From an uncultured delta proteobacterium (GTDB lineage: Bacteria; Myxococcota; Myxococcia; Myxococcales; Anaeromyxobacteraceae), in assembly GCA_963845515.1 (NCBI GenBank), contig CAWJSR010000039.1, forward strand, positions 32,001 through 96,000: a stretch of DNA of 64,000 nt, read 5' to 3'. Under the pieces are notes generated by a model. It had not been told where the DNA came from and searched no databases. It worked only from the letters and a program-made list of their open reading frames with translations. Position 1 is the first letter of the stretch; the number at the start of each line of letters is the position of its first letter. Shown here one piece after another: positions 1 through 10,581 of the stretch. A program made the translations under genes and the position numbers.

Positions 1-418
1 TCTGGTCGAGCCCGGCCGCCGCCAGCGCCCGCCCGCGCTGGAGCGCCGCCGCGTCGGCGAGGACCGAGCCCGGGGCGACCTGCTCCCACGACTGCGCCGC
101 GGCCGCCTGGCGGCCGAGGGCAGCGAGGAGCCGGCCGCGCAGGTAGTGGATCCGATCGGCGATCTCGGGGAGCGCCGCCTCGAGCCCCTCCAGGAGCACC
201 ACCGCCTCGGCCTCGCGGCCGAGGCGCGCGAGCGCCCTCGCCCGGAGCAGCCGCGCGGCCGGCCCGTCGACCCCGGCGAGCAGCCGCAGCGCCTCGTCGT
301 GCCGTCCGGCGGCGAGGGCTGCGGCGGCGCCAGCGGCCCGACCGGTGAGGTCAGGCGCGAGGTCCCGCTCCGAGAGCGGTGTCGAGAGAAGGAGCGACAG
401 GAGGGCGGCTGCTAGCAC
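1..418 (-). CDS. Secreted TPR-like helical-repeat protein, 5' part only (possibly the N-terminus of a soluble lytic transglycosylase)
   Basis: Read manually: GTG at 418 gives MLAAALLSLLLSTPLSERDLAPD..., a signal-peptide-like start followed by TPR-like repeats (ARALARLGREAEAV, YLRGRLLAALGRQ). The frame is open to the window edge. Confidence 0.6.
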   Translation of the reverse strand, partial: MLAAALLSLLLSTPLSERDLAPDLTGRAAGAAAALAAGRHDEALRLLAGVDGPAARLLRARALARLGREAEAVVLLEGLEAALPEIADRIHYLRGRLLAALGRQAAAAQSWEQVAPGSVLADAAALQRGRALAAAGLDQ

Positions 419-539
419 GGGCGGAGGTTCGCGCCGGCAGGGCGCGGGGTCAAGCCCGCGCCTGCGACACCGGCGCGGGGAGGCGGCCGGCAGGCGTGAT
501 CGAGGCACCGGCGGCGCAGGGAAGGTAGGATGTCATGGC

Positions 540-2776
540 GTGGACATCCGCACCCAGGCCGCACTGCTCGCAGCGATCGTGACGCTGGCGCTCGCCATCG
601 CGGCGCTGCTGCGCGAGAACCGCTCGCGCGTCTTCACGCTCTTCGCCGTCCTCTCGCTGGACACCTTCCTCTACTCGCTCTCGCTCTTCCTCTTCCGCTG
701 GCCACAGACCCAGTTCGGCGAGACGCTGTGGCTCCGCATCGGGGTCGCCGCCGCCGCGCTGCTGCCGGCCTCGTCGCTCGCCTTCTTCCTGGAGTTCCTC
801 GGCGTGGCGCGCCGCCCGGCCCGGCGGGCCCGGAACGCGATGCTGGCCGGGTCCCTCACCGGGATCGCGGTCGCCGTCACGCCGCTCATCCACTACCGGA
901 TCGCGAAGTGGATCGTCTCCGGCTACGTGCTGGCCGGCCTCGTCATCGTCCTGTCGACGGTGTGGGGGAGGATGCGCGGCGCGCCGACTCGCGCCGAGCG
1001 CGCCAGGCTCCTGTACCTCTTCATCGGCGCGGCGGTGGCGACCGCCCTCTCCGCCCTCGACCTGCTCCCCCGGGTCGGCCTCCCCAACCCGGCGGATGGG
1101 CTCGGCTCGATCGCCATCACGGCCTTCATGTTCTTCCTGTCGCAGACCCTGCTGCGGCACAGGCTGCTCGACCTGCACGAGCTGCTCGGGAAGTTCGTGG
1201 TGGTGACGGCGCTCGGCCTCGTGCTGGTCGGGATCTACGGGGGGCTCGTCTCCTGGGTCGGCGACCGCCCGGAGCTCTTCTACTTCAACACCATCGTGGC
1301 CTCCTTCGTGATCCTCTCGCTCTTCGACCCGCTCAGGGAGCGGGTGGAGGAGCAGGTGGTCGCGACCCTGTTCCGCGAGCGCTACGAGCTGGTCGGGAGG
1401 CTGGAGGAGCTGCGCGACCGGACCGCCAACATCATCGATCCCGTCGGCATGGCGGTCGTGGTCCTGGACGGCCTCGTCGAGACCCGCCGGGTCACCCACT
1501 GCGCCCTCTGGCTCCTGGCCGACGACCGGCCCGGCTACCGGCTCCTCGACAGCCGCGGCCCGGCTCCGGTCCCGTTCCTCGAGCCCGGGACCGCCCGCGC
1601 GATCCTCGCCGCCGCGCCGGTCGCGCAGAAGGCGATCCTCCTCGAGAACCTGGAGCGCCGGACGGCGGAGCTGCGGCGCCTGCTGCCGCCAGGGCCGGCG
1701 GAGGGCGACGGCCACTCCGCGGCCGGCGCGCCGGCGGCCGTGGCCGAGGAGCTCAAGCGGCTCGGCGAGGCCCGCGCGGCCATGGCGCTGATGCGCGCCG
1801 GCATCTCGATGCCGCTCACCGCCGCGGACCGCGTCATCGGGTTCCTCTCCTGCTGGGACGAGCGCGTGCCGGAGGCCTTCGCCTCGGACGAGATCGCGGC
1901 GCTCCTCGAGGTCGCGGACCGCTGCGCGCTCGTCATCGAGAACTCCAAGCTCTACCAGCAGATGAAGGAGCGCGACCGGCTCGCCGCCATCGGCGAGATG
2001 TCCGCCGGCCTCGCGCACGAGATCCGCAACCCGCTCGCCGCCATCAAGGGGGCGATCCAGTACCTGGAGCCGAGCCGGCTCCCCTCGGAGGACCGCGAGT
2101 TCCTCGAGATCATCATCGAGGAGGTGAACCGGCTCAACGGCGTGGTGACCCAGTTCCTCGACTACTCGCGCCCGCTCAAGCCGTCGATGGCGCCGGGCGA
2201 GGTGAACGAGATCCTCGAGAAGACCTTCAGGCTCCTGCTCGCCGAGACGCCGCCGCAGATCGACGTGCGGCTCGATCTCGCGCCTGGGCTGCCGCGGGTC
2301 CTCTGCGACGCCGAGCAGCTCAAGCAGGTCTTCCTGAACCTCGCGCTCAACTCCTTCCAGGCGATGCCGCGGGGGGGAAGCTCACGGTCGCGACCCGCGT
2401 GGAGCGGGACGAGCTGGCCTTCTGGCGTGAGGGGAAGCGCCGCCGGGACGTCATCGAGATCCGCTTCCGCGACACCGGCCCCGGCATCCCGGAGGAGGCG
2501 CGAGAGCACATCTTCGTCCCCTTCTACACGACGAAGGAGAAGGGGACCGGCCTCGGGCTCGCCATCTGCCAGCGGATCGTGAAGGCCCACGCCGGCTCGA
2601 TCGCGGTGCGGTCGGCGCTTGGCGAGGGGGCCGAGTTCGTCATCTCGCTGCCGGGGCTCCACGAGGACCGCGAGCGCGAGCCGCTGGAGCCGCTCGAGGC
2701 CCAGCGGGCGCGCGAGCGCCGTCGGGAGAAGGCCGCGGCGCGCCTCCGCCGCAGGAAGCGACGCCGGAGGGGCTGA
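540..2776 (+). CDS. Multi-TM sensor histidine kinase (membrane domain, GAF, HisKA, HATPase) with an apparent 1-nt frameshift at the G7 tract 2371-2377
   Basis: Many TM helices, H-box LAHEIRNPL and N-box QVFLNLALNS in one frame. The G1/F/G2 boxes (DTGPGI, FVPFYTTKEKGTGLGL) lie in the other frame, which ends at TGA 2776. Confidence 0.88.
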
Positions 2777-2867
2777 GCGCTGGCCGAGGGATCCCTCGAC
2801 GGCTCCGCCCCGGCCGGGCGTTCCACCCGTGCGCCTCACCCGCCGTTCGTGCTAACAAGCTGGGCGC

Positions 2868-4268
2868 GTGGCCCACATCCTCATAGTCGACGACGAGAAC
2901 AACATCCGGAGGGTCCTCGCCGCGATGCTCAAGCGCGAGGGGTACGAGGTCACCGCCGCCGCCGACGGCGAGCAGGCGCTCGCGGTCCTCCAGAAGCTCC
3001 CGGTGAGCGTCGTGGTCACCGACCTGGTCATGCCCAGGGTCGGCGGGATGGAGCTGCTGAAGCAGGTGGTCGCGGACTGGCCGGACATCCCGGTCATCAT
3101 GATCACCGCGCACGGCTCCGTGGACAGCGCGGTCACCGCGCTCAAGGCCGGCGCCTTCGACTACATCACGAAGCCATTCGACCAGGAGGAGCTGAAGAAG
3201 GTCATCGAGAAGGCGGCGCGCGCGCACGACCTCGAGCGCAAGAACGTCCACGCGCCGGTGGAGGCTGCCGGCTCGCCGCTCGTCGGCGAGTCGCCCGCGA
3301 TGAAGGCGATCCACGAGATGGTGGCCCGCGTCGCCGACTCCCCCTCCACGATCCTGATCACCGGGGAGAGCGGCACCGGGAAGGGGCTCATCGCGCAGGA
3401 GCTGCACCGCCTCTCCTCCCGCCGCGAGAAGGCGCTCATCAAGGTGAACTGCGCCGCCATCCCCAAGGACCTCGTCGAGAGCGAGCTGTTCGGCTACGAG
3501 AAGGGGGCCTTCACCGGCGCCGTCGGCTCCAAGCCAGGCCGCTTCGAGCTGGCGGACGGCGGCACCCTCTTCCTCGACGAGATCGGCGAGATCCCGGTCG
3601 AGATCCAGGTGAAGCTGCTGCGGGCGCTGCAGGAGTCCGAGTTCGAGCGGGTCGGCGGCATCCGGACGCTCAGGGTCGACGTCCGCCTCATCGCCGCCAC
3701 CAACCGCGACCTGAAGGCGCTGATCGCGGAGGGGCGCTTCCGCGAGGACCTGTTCTACCGGCTCGCGGTCGTCCCCATGGAGCTGCCGCCGCTCCGGGAC
3801 CGGCGCGCCGACATCCCGGTCCTGGTCTCCCACTTCATCACCAAGTTCAACCTGCGACTGGGGAAGCGCGTCGAGGGGGTCGACCCCGAGGCGATGCAGA
3901 TCCTCCAGGCCTACGGCTGGCCCGGGAACATCCGCGAGCTCGAGAACCTCATGGAGCGCTCCGTCCTGTTCGCGGACGGCCCCATCGTCGAGGCAACCCA
4001 GCTCCCCGACTCGCTCCGGGAGCAGGCCCCCTCCACCCCGATGCCCATCGCGCCGATGGGGCCGCTCGGCACGCTCGCCTCGCCCGTCGGTGCCTCCATG
4101 AAGGAGATCGTGCGGCAGGCCCAGGCGGACCTCGAGCGGGAGCTGATCGCCCGCGCGCTCGAGGAGACGGGCGGGAACGTCACCCGCGCCGCCAAGCGGC
4201 TCCAGATCAGCCGCAAGTCGCTGCAGGTGAAGATGAAGGATCTGGGCCTGCGCGGCACCGAGGAGTAG
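2868..4268 (+). CDS. NtrC-family sigma54-dependent response regulator
   Basis: Receiver domain (ILIVDDE, DLVMP), AAA+ domain with [21 protein letters not shown] and FREDLFYRL, and a C-terminal Fis-type HTH. Confidence 0.95.
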   Translation: MAHILIVDDENNIRRVLAAMLKREGYEVTAAADGEQALAVLQKLPVSVVVTDLVMPRVGGMELLKQVVADWPDIPVIMITAHGSVDSAVTALKAGAFDYITKPFDQEELKKVIEKAARAHDLERKNVHAPVEAAGSPLVGESPAMKAIHEMVARVADSPSTILITGESGTGKGLIAQELHRLSSRREKALIKVNCAAIPKDLVESELFGYEKGAFTGAVGSKPGRFELADGGTLFLDEIGEIPVEIQVKLLRALQESEFERVGGIRTLRVDVRLIAATNRDLKALIAEGRFREDLFYRLAVVPMELPPLRDRRADIPVLVSHFITKFNLRLGKRVEGVDPEAMQILQAYGWPGNIRELENLMERSVLFADGPIVEATQLPDSLREQAPSTPMPIAPMGPLGTLASPVGASMKEIVRQAQADLERELIARALEETGGNVTRAAKRLQISRKSLQVKMKDLGLRGTEE

Positions 4269-4301
4269 CGCTGGCGCGCCGCTGCGCGCGCCCGGCGAAC
4301 C

Positions 4302-4330
4302 TTGACCACCCCTGGGGCCGCTGCTACGGT
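4302..4330 (+). promoter_or_regulatory. Putative sigma70 promoter
   Basis: TTGACC-17 nt-TACGGT upstream of a GGAGG RBS and ATG 4356. Confidence 0.5.
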
Positions 4331-4355
4331 CGGCCCGACTTCTGGAGGTCCCCAA

Positions 4356-5644
4356 ATGTCGCGGTTCGCGAGCCTTCGCGCCCTCACCGCAGCGGTTCTC
4401 CTGGCGCTCGCGCTCCCCTCGGCTGCGGCCGAGGCGACGCGCGTCGCGTCGAGCGGCGACGAGGAGAACCCCTTCGACCTCGACTTCAGCATCAAGGCCG
4501 ACTACCTGCAGAACCGCGCCCTGATCACGCGCGAGTACACGCGCGACTATCCCTCCGGCGACGCGCTCCAGTCGGTCGAGGAGCGGCCCGAGTTCCGCTA
4601 CTCCCGCCGGACCTTCGCCATCCTCCCGCGCGCCGCCGTCGGCCTCTGGAAGGACCTCGAGTTCCACGTCGAGGTCCCCATCATCCTCTCCTCCAACACC
4701 AGGTGGCACTACGCCTACTTCGAGGGGGAGAGCCAGGCAGGAAAGTCGGCGACCGGCGCGAACGACATCGACGCTGGCGGCACGCCCTGCACTGCGCCGA
4801 ACTCCCCTGCCCCATCTTCGCCGGCTCAGGGACCGTCTACCACGGCAGCGGCTTCGGCGACCTGAAGCTGGGGCTCGCCTGGGGCATCCTCTCCGACGCG
4901 CGCGACGACACGAAGCCCTTCTGGCTCGTCGGCGTCGACTTCACCTTCCCCACCGCCCAGATGTACGACCCGGGGGCCGGCCGGACCGGAGCGCTCAACA
5001 CCTCCCCGTACTCGCGCGCAGCCGCCGCGGGGCCGTTCGGCGAGAACATCTTCAAGATCGATCTCATCACCGCCCTCTCGAAGCGGATGGGAGCCGCGGA
5101 TCCCTACGTGAAGTTCCACGTGACCTCCTACCGGCCGTCGAGCGAGACCTACAGCAACTGCACCCACGCGGCCGAGCTCGCCGGCAACGCCGTCCCGCAG
5201 TTCGACCCGGACGACGTGGCCAGGTGCTCGTCGAGCGAGTTCGGCTCGCGCCCGCCCTGGATCGCCGGCGCCGCGTTCGGCGCGGAGATCGTCACCGGCG
5301 AGAACAAGGCCGAGGGGACGCGGGTGGCGCTGGACGTCCGGCTCGCCGCCGACTACGTCTCCAGCTCGCGCTGGTACAACGAGCTGACCGACATGACCGG
5401 AAAGCTCCTGACCTCCGAGGACTACTTCGTCCTGGACGCCTACTTCGGCTTCTACTGGCGCGCCTCGAAGTTCATGCAGCTCCAGGCGACGGCCCACCTC
5501 GGCACCGAGACGCCCCACTTCATCACCGGCGAGAGCGCCGACGACCCGAACTTCGACGCGCGCTACGACGCGGCAGGGCGCCGCTACCGGCTGACCGAGG
5601 TCTCCAACTTCGGCGTCGCCCTCGCGGGCGTGCTGCAGTTCTGA
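4356..5644 (+). CDS. Putative outer-membrane beta-barrel protein with an apparent 1-nt frameshift at the C4 tract 4804-4807
   Basis: Signal peptide MSRFASLRALTAAVLLALALPSAAA, amphipathic aromatic-rich strands and a C-terminal Phe (GVLQF). One extra C joins the frames as TAPNSPCPIFAG. Confidence 0.7.
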
Positions 5645-5653
5645 CCTTTGCCT

Positions 5654-5697
5654 TCTCCCCTCTCCCCCACCGGGGGAGAGGGGAAGGGTGAGGGGGC
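5654..5697. repeat. REP-like palindromic element, copy 1
   Basis: TCTCCCCTCTCCCCCACCGGGGGAGAGGGGAAGGGTGAGGGG between convergent genes. A related copy lies at about 61763-61802. Confidence 0.65.
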
Positions 5698-5716
5698 GCC
5701 GCCCCGGCGCCAAGCT

Positions 5717-6598
5717 TCACCCCCGCTTGATCCGCTCGATCTCGTCGTAGACATCCGAACGCTTCAGCCCCCGGGCCTTCGCCACCTCCCGCGCGAGCCC
5801 GCTCGGGGCCTCGCCGGCCTCCAGGCGGCGCCGCAGCTCCGCCTCGAGCGGCTCGGCGGTCTCCTCGGCGACCGCGGGGGTCCCCTCCGCCGGCGGCGCG
5901 ACGACGAGGGTGACCTCCCCGAGCACCTCGCCCGCGAAGCGCTCCGCCAGCTCCGTCAGCCGCGCCCGCTCGAGCTGCTCGTGCAGCTTCGTCAGCTCCC
6001 GGGCCACGAGCGCCATGCGGTCCCCGAGCGCCTCGGCGAGGTCACGGAGCGTCTCGGCGGTGCGGTTGCCCGCCTCGTACAGCACCAGCGTCGCGGGGAC
6101 CCGCGCGAGCAGCGCCAGCGCGTCGCGGCGAGCGCCGCCCTTCCTGGGGAGGAACCCGGCGAAGAAGAAGCGGTCCGCAGGGAAGCCGGAGGCTGCCAGC
6201 GCGCTCGCTGCGGCCGAGGGGCCCGGGATCGGGACGACCAGCGCCCCTGCGTCCCACGCGGCCTCCACGAGCATCGCGCCGGGGTCCGAGATCCCCGGCG
6301 TCCCCGCGTCGGTGCAGAGGGCGATGGTCTGACCGTCGCGCAGCCGGTCGACGATCCCACCGAGCCGGCCCCGCTCGTCGAAGGCCGGGAGCGAGAGGAG
6401 GGTCGGCGGCTTCTTCCCCAGGTGACCGAAGAGCTTCAGAGTCCTCCGGGTGTCCTCCGCGGCGACCGCGTCCGCCTCCAGGAGCGCCTCCGCAGCCCTC
6501 GTGGAGAGATCCCCCAGGTTCCCTATCGGCGTCGCCACGACGAGGAGAGTCCCCCGCCGGGCGCCCGGAGGCGCCTCACCAGAGCCGGGTGTCGCCAT
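5717..6598 (-). CDS. rsmI: 16S rRNA C1402 2'-O-methyltransferase
   Basis: VATPIGNLGD, AEDTRRT, DAGTPGISDPG, PIPGPSA and ARELTKLHE motifs. Confidence 0.95.
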   Translation of the reverse strand: MATPGSGEAPPGARRGTLLVVATPIGNLGDLSTRAAEALLEADAVAAEDTRRTLKLFGHLGKKPPTLLSLPAFDERGRLGGIVDRLRDGQTIALCTDAGTPGISDPGAMLVEAAWDAGALVVPIPGPSAAASALAASGFPADRFFFAGFLPRKGGARRDALALLARVPATLVLYEAGNRTAETLRDLAEALGDRMALVARELTKLHEQLERARLTELAERFAGEVLGEVTLVVAPPAEGTPAVAEETAEPLEAELRRRLEAGEAPSGLAREVAKARGLKRSDVYDEIERIKRG

Positions 6599-6974
6599 CG
6601 GAGTCGAAGGCGGCCCGGATGAGCTCGAAGGACGGGGCGCCGTCCGCGAGGTTCACCGCGACCACGTCGAAGCGGATCGGGCGCTCGAGCGCGCCGTTCC
6701 GGTTGGCCCAGTCCTCCGCCGCCCGGGCGACCCGCCGCGCCTTCTCGCGCGTGATCGACTCGGCGGGAGTCCCGTAGAGCTCGGAGGCGCGGCTTCGCAC
6801 CTCTACGAAGCAGACCGTGTCGCCGTCGGCGCACACGAGATCCACCTCGCCAGTCTTGATCGCGTGGTTGCGCGCGAGGACGCGGTAACCCTGCCCCTCC
6901 AGCCAGAGCGCGGCGGCCTCCTCGGCCTCGTGCCCGCGCTCGCTGCGCGTCGCGGCCTCCTGGGGGTCTATCAA
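6576..6974 (-). CDS. yraN: YraN (UPF0102) family PD-(D/E)XK-like protein
   Basis: GYRVLARN, GEVDLV, FVEVRSR and RFDVVAV motifs; adjacent to rsmI. Confidence 0.9.
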   Translation of the reverse strand: MIDPQEAATRSERGHEAEEAAALWLEGQGYRVLARNHAIKTGEVDLVCADGDTVCFVEVRSRASELYGTPAESITREKARRVARAAEDWANRNGALERPIRFDVVAVNLADGAPSFELIRAAFDSDGDTRLW

Positions 6975-6979
6975 GGGGC

Positions 6980-8818
6980 TCAGGCGGAGTGGTCCGCCGC
7001 CTCTTTGAAGGAGCCGTCGCTGGTGGCGTGCACGACCTGCCCGGGACGAGCCATCTGCTTGATGACCCTCGCCACGAGCCTCCTCGCGCCGTCGGAGAGC
7101 CCGGCGAAGCAGTCATCCACGTAGGCGACCGCCTTCCCCTGCGCGAGCGCGGCCTCCATGAAACCGAGCTTGAGCGCGATGAAGAGCACGTCCCGGTCGG
7201 CCGCTGGGAGCGTCGCCGCTGGGACGAGCCGCCCCCCGGTCTGTGCCTGCAGGTTGCCGCGGTCGTCGGCCGAAACGCCCGAGATCCGCTGGAACGTGAT
7301 GCCCGAGAGCGTCTGCGAGACCTTCTGCTGGATGGCGCGCACTGCGGCGGCGGGGCTGCCGCCAAGCTCCTTTGCCGCCCCCTCGAGCAGCAGGCGCAGC
7401 GGATCGCCGGCTGGGCGGGACGGAGTGGCGGCCACGGCGGCAGCCTGCGCCGGCGGGGGGTTGGCCAGCTCCTCCTCCAGCCGCTGGATCTCGGCCTCGA
7501 TGGAGCGGGCGTCCCTCATGAAGCCGCCGACCTCCGCCTGGAGGCGCGCCTCGATCGACTGAAGCTCCTTCGCGGTCTTCGCCCTCTCGGCCCGGGCGTT
7601 CGCGATCTCCGGATCGGCCCTCCACTCGGCGAGCCGGCGCCGCCACTCCGCGGCCACGCTCTCGCCGTCGCTGATGCGTCCCACGAGATCGCGCAGATCC
7701 TGGACCTTCTCCAGCCCCAGCTCCTGCATTGCGCCCCGGATCTCGGCAGCGTCCTTCTCGAACTGGTCGAGCATCTTCCGCTCCCAGTCGTCGATGACGC
7801 GCCGCCTTCGCGCGAGCGGCTCCCACGCCTCCAGCCTGGAGACCCAGCCGAAGGCGACCCACGCGGCCCACCCGAGGGCTGGGATGGAGAGGAGCGCCAG
7901 GTAGCGCATCGCCCCGCCGCCGATGGCGCCGACGATGCCGAGCCCGAGCGCCAGAGCCCCGGCACCGGCGCCGGCCAGGAAGTTCCGATCCGTCCAGAAC
8001 CCGCGGGGCGCGCCATCCGCCTCGGCGACGTCGAGCGCCTCGCGCTCCGCCGCCACGCGCGCGAGCGCCTCCTCACGCTTGGAGGCCGCCTTCTCGAACG
8101 CGGCGACCCTGGCGTCGGCGTCGCCGAGCCGCTCGAGGACGGCGACCGCCGGCGCGAGGCTCTTCTGCTCCTCCTCGGCCCTGGCCAGCCCCTCCTGCAG
8201 CTTCGCCCCGGCCTTGAGCGCCTCGTCCAGCTTGAAGATGCGCGACTGGAGGCCGTCCTGCTGGTACTGGAGCTTGTCGGAGACCTTGGCCTTCGCCAGC
8301 TCGCCCTTCAGGTCCGCGATCTTCTTCTGGAGTTGCGCCGGTGCGAGGACCGTCCGCGGCGACGGAGCGGACGCTGCGACGCCGCCCTGCTTCGACGGGA
8401 GGTCGGCTGCCGTGAGGCAGAGCAGCGCCGCGAAGCGCGCCTGGGTCGGGGCGCCACCGGCCGTCCTGAGGACGCCGGCGATCTCGGCCAGGTCCTGGGC
8501 GACGAGCGCGAAGGAGCGCTTCTCCGCATCGAATCTGTGGAGCTGCGCCGCGCCCCCGAAGTCGCGCACCAGCCGGTACGTGATCCGGTCGTCGCCGATG
8601 AGCGTGAGACCTGCGCGCAGCGGCGCGTTGGCCGGCCCACCGGGCGCGCGCGGGAGCGGCTCCTGGCCGACACTGTCGGGGAAGAGGAGCGCGTCGAGCA
8701 GCCGGCGAAGGACCGCGCCGTCGGCTGCCACGACGTTGTACCCGGGACGCAGCGTGGCGCGGCCGCCGGCAGGCGCCACGCCACGTATACCCTGGGCTGC
8801 GAATTCGAGGAGGATCAC
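6980..8818 (-). CDS. SMC/Rad50/YhaN-like coiled-coil protein with a central TM hairpin and degenerate ATPase motifs
   Basis: N-terminal ABC-ATPase-like beta strands, long coiled coils flanking two hydrophobic helices, and a C-terminal Walker-B-like AYVDDCF and QVVHAT. Confidence 0.7.
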   Translation of the reverse strand: MILLEFAAQGIRGVAPAGGRATLRPGYNVVAADGAVLRRLLDALLFPDSVGQEPLPRAPGGPANAPLRAGLTLIGDDRITYRLVRDFGGAAQLHRFDAEKRSFALVAQDLAEIAGVLRTAGGAPTQARFAALLCLTAADLPSKQGGVAASAPSPRTVLAPAQLQKKIADLKGELAKAKVSDKLQYQQDGLQSRIFKLDEALKAGAKLQEGLARAEEEQKSLAPAVAVLERLGDADARVAAFEKAASKREEALARVAAEREALDVAEADGAPRGFWTDRNFLAGAGAGALALGLGIVGAIGGGAMRYLALLSIPALGWAAWVAFGWVSRLEAWEPLARRRRVIDDWERKMLDQFEKDAAEIRGAMQELGLEKVQDLRDLVGRISDGESVAAEWRRRLAEWRADPEIANARAERAKTAKELQSIEARLQAEVGGFMRDARSIEAEIQRLEEELANPPPAQAAAVAATPSRPAGDPLRLLLEGAAKELGGSPAAAVRAIQQKVSQTLSGITFQRISGVSADDRGNLQAQTGGRLVPAATLPAADRDVLFIALKLGFMEAALAQGKAVAYVDDCFAGLSDGARRLVARVIKQMARPGQVVHATSDGSFKEAADHSA

Positions 8819-8891
8819 GACGGGCGGCGATGTTACCGCCCTATCGCCAACGCGTGAAGGTGAACCTTTCGCCCACCTTCACTCGCCGGGA

Positions 8892-9281
8892 TCAGGCCTG
8901 CGCGGGGGCGTTGGCCTGGGCGGTCTCGACGGGCCGCTCCTCCTGCGTGAGCCGGGCAGCCTTGCCCTGGAGCTCGCGGAGGTAGAAGAGCTTGGCGCGG
9001 CGGACCTCGCCGTGGCCGACGACCTCGATCCGGTCGATGCGGGGGCTGTGCAGCGGGAAGATGCGCTCCACGCCGACGCCGTAGCTCACCTTGCGGACGG
9101 TGAACATCGACCCCGTGCCGTTCTTGCGGAACGCGATCACGGTGCCCTCGAAGATCTGGATGCGCTCTTTGTCGCCTTCCTTGATCTTCGTGTGAACCCG
9201 CACGGAGTCACCCGCGCGAAGCAGGGGGACGTCGCTCTTCATGTGCTTCTTCTGGATGTCAGCAATCGCCTTGCGCAGCAT
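8892..9281 (-). CDS. rplS: 50S ribosomal protein L19
   Basis: [23 protein letters not shown]...[11 protein letters not shown]...RRAKLFYLR. Confidence 0.98.
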   Translation of the reverse strand: MLRKAIADIQKKHMKSDVPLLRAGDSVRVHTKIKEGDKERIQIFEGTVIAFRKNGTGSMFTVRKVSYGVGVERIFPLHSPRIDRIEVVGHGEVRRAKLFYLRELQGKAARLTQEERPVETAQANAPAQA

Positions 9282-9299
9282 GGCTTCCCTTCCTTCCGC

Positions 9300-10040
9300 C
9301 TAGAGATCTTCGTCCGCGGCCTCGATGAGCCGCAGATCCTCGTCGGCAAGCTGGAGCCTCGCGAAGAGGTCCGGCCTCCGATCCCGGGTGGCGCGCAGGG
9401 ACTCCCGGCGCCTCCACCGCTCGATACGCCGGTGGTCTCCAGACAGGAGGACCTCCGGAACCTGCATGTCACGATAGACCGGCGGCCGCGTGAAGTGCGG
9501 GTGCTCGAGCAGGCCGTCCCCGCCGAAGCTCTCCGCGCCGGCGCTGTCCTCGTTGCCGAGCACGCCCGGCACGAAGCGCGCCGCCGCGTCGACGACGCAG
9601 AGCGCTGCCAGCTCACCGCCCGTGAGCACGAAGTCTCCGATGGAGACCTCAATGTCGACCGCCCTCGTCACGCGCTCGTCAACTCCCTCGTACCGTCCGC
9701 AAGCTACGATCAGCCGGCCGTGGTCTGCGAAACGGCGCGCCAGCGCCGGATCCAGCCTCACGCCCCGCGGGCTCGTCATCACGACGATCGCCCCCGGGAC
9801 CCGCTCCCGCGAGGCCTCTATGGCCTCGGTGAGCGGCTCGGGCTTCATCACCATGCCGGCGCCGCCGCCGTAAGGGGCGTCGTCGGCCACGCGATGCTTG
9901 CCCTTCGTGTGGTCGCGGATGTCCACGACCCGAACCCCGAGGAGACCGCTCTCCTGCGCCTTCCCGAGGATGCTCTCCCCCAGGTACCCCGCGATCATCC
10001 GCGGGAACAGCGTCAGGATCTCGACCTCGAGCTTCGCCAC
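9300..10040 (-). CDS. trmD: tRNA (guanine37-N1)-methyltransferase
   Basis: [27 protein letters not shown] and [11 protein letters not shown] motifs. Confidence 0.97.
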   Translation of the reverse strand: MAKLEVEILTLFPRMIAGYLGESILGKAQESGLLGVRVVDIRDHTKGKHRVADDAPYGGGAGMVMKPEPLTEAIEASRERVPGAIVVMTSPRGVRLDPALARRFADHGRLIVACGRYEGVDERVTRAVDIEVSIGDFVLTGGELAALCVVDAAARFVPGVLGNEDSAGAESFGGDGLLEHPHFTRPPVYRDMQVPEVLLSGDHRRIERWRRRESLRATRDRRPDLFARLQLADEDLRLIEAADEDL

Positions 10041-10085
10041 GACCGTCTACCTCGCTTCGGACCTCCTTCTGCTACACCGCTTCGC

Positions 10086-10580
10086 CTACGTATCCAGCAA
10101 TCCTTCGGGCGGGTCCACGACGATGCGGCCGGCCTTCCGGTCCACCTCGACGTACGGCGCGAGGGGGATGAGCCGCTCGCCCGCCTCGCCCGTGACCACG
10201 AGCACGTCCACGCCGCCCGTCTCGTACAGCCCGCTGACCCTGCCCAGCGGCGCACCGTCCACCGTCACGACCGGCAGCCCCTCGAGGTCCGCCCAGTAGT
10301 GCCGCCCTTCACCCGCCTCGCCCAGCTCGTCCCGCTCGGCGAATACCTCAGCACCGATCCACGCCTCGGCGGCGGTGCGGTCATCGATCCCGTCGATCCT
10401 GATCGCCCAGAGGTGCCCTTGCGGCCGCGCCTCCGCGATCCTGATCTCTGCCGGTTCACGCCCCGGCAGCTGCAGCCAGATCCGCGCCAGCGTCGCGAGC
10501 GCGCCCTCCGTGCCGGCCACCCCGAGGAGTCCCCGAAGTCCGAGGGCCCGGACGACCTTGCCGAGCCGGACCCGAGCCAC
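10086..10580 (-). CDS. rimM: Ribosome maturation factor RimM
   Basis: GTG 10580; RLGKVVRALGLRG, YWADLEGL and a PRC-barrel C-terminus; canonical position before trmD. Confidence 0.92.
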   Translation of the reverse strand: MARVRLGKVVRALGLRGLLGVAGTEGALATLARIWLQLPGREPAEIRIAEARPQGHLWAIRIDGIDDRTAAEAWIGAEVFAERDELGEAGEGRHYWADLEGLPVVTVDGAPLGRVSGLYETGGVDVLVVTGEAGERLIPLAPYVEVDRKAGRIVVDPPEGLLDT

Positions 10581-10581
10581 G

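Noticed and set aside
3364..3395. Walker A variant GESGTGKG (usually GKE) in the sigma54 activator
   Set aside because: It is a single substitution in an assembly that appears error-prone, and all other motifs are intact.
4270..4290. Possible sigma54 promoter TGGCGCGCCGCTGC after the NtrC-like gene
   Set aside because: The GG-to-GC spacing is 9 nt rather than the required 10, and a sigma70-like promoter nearby fits better.
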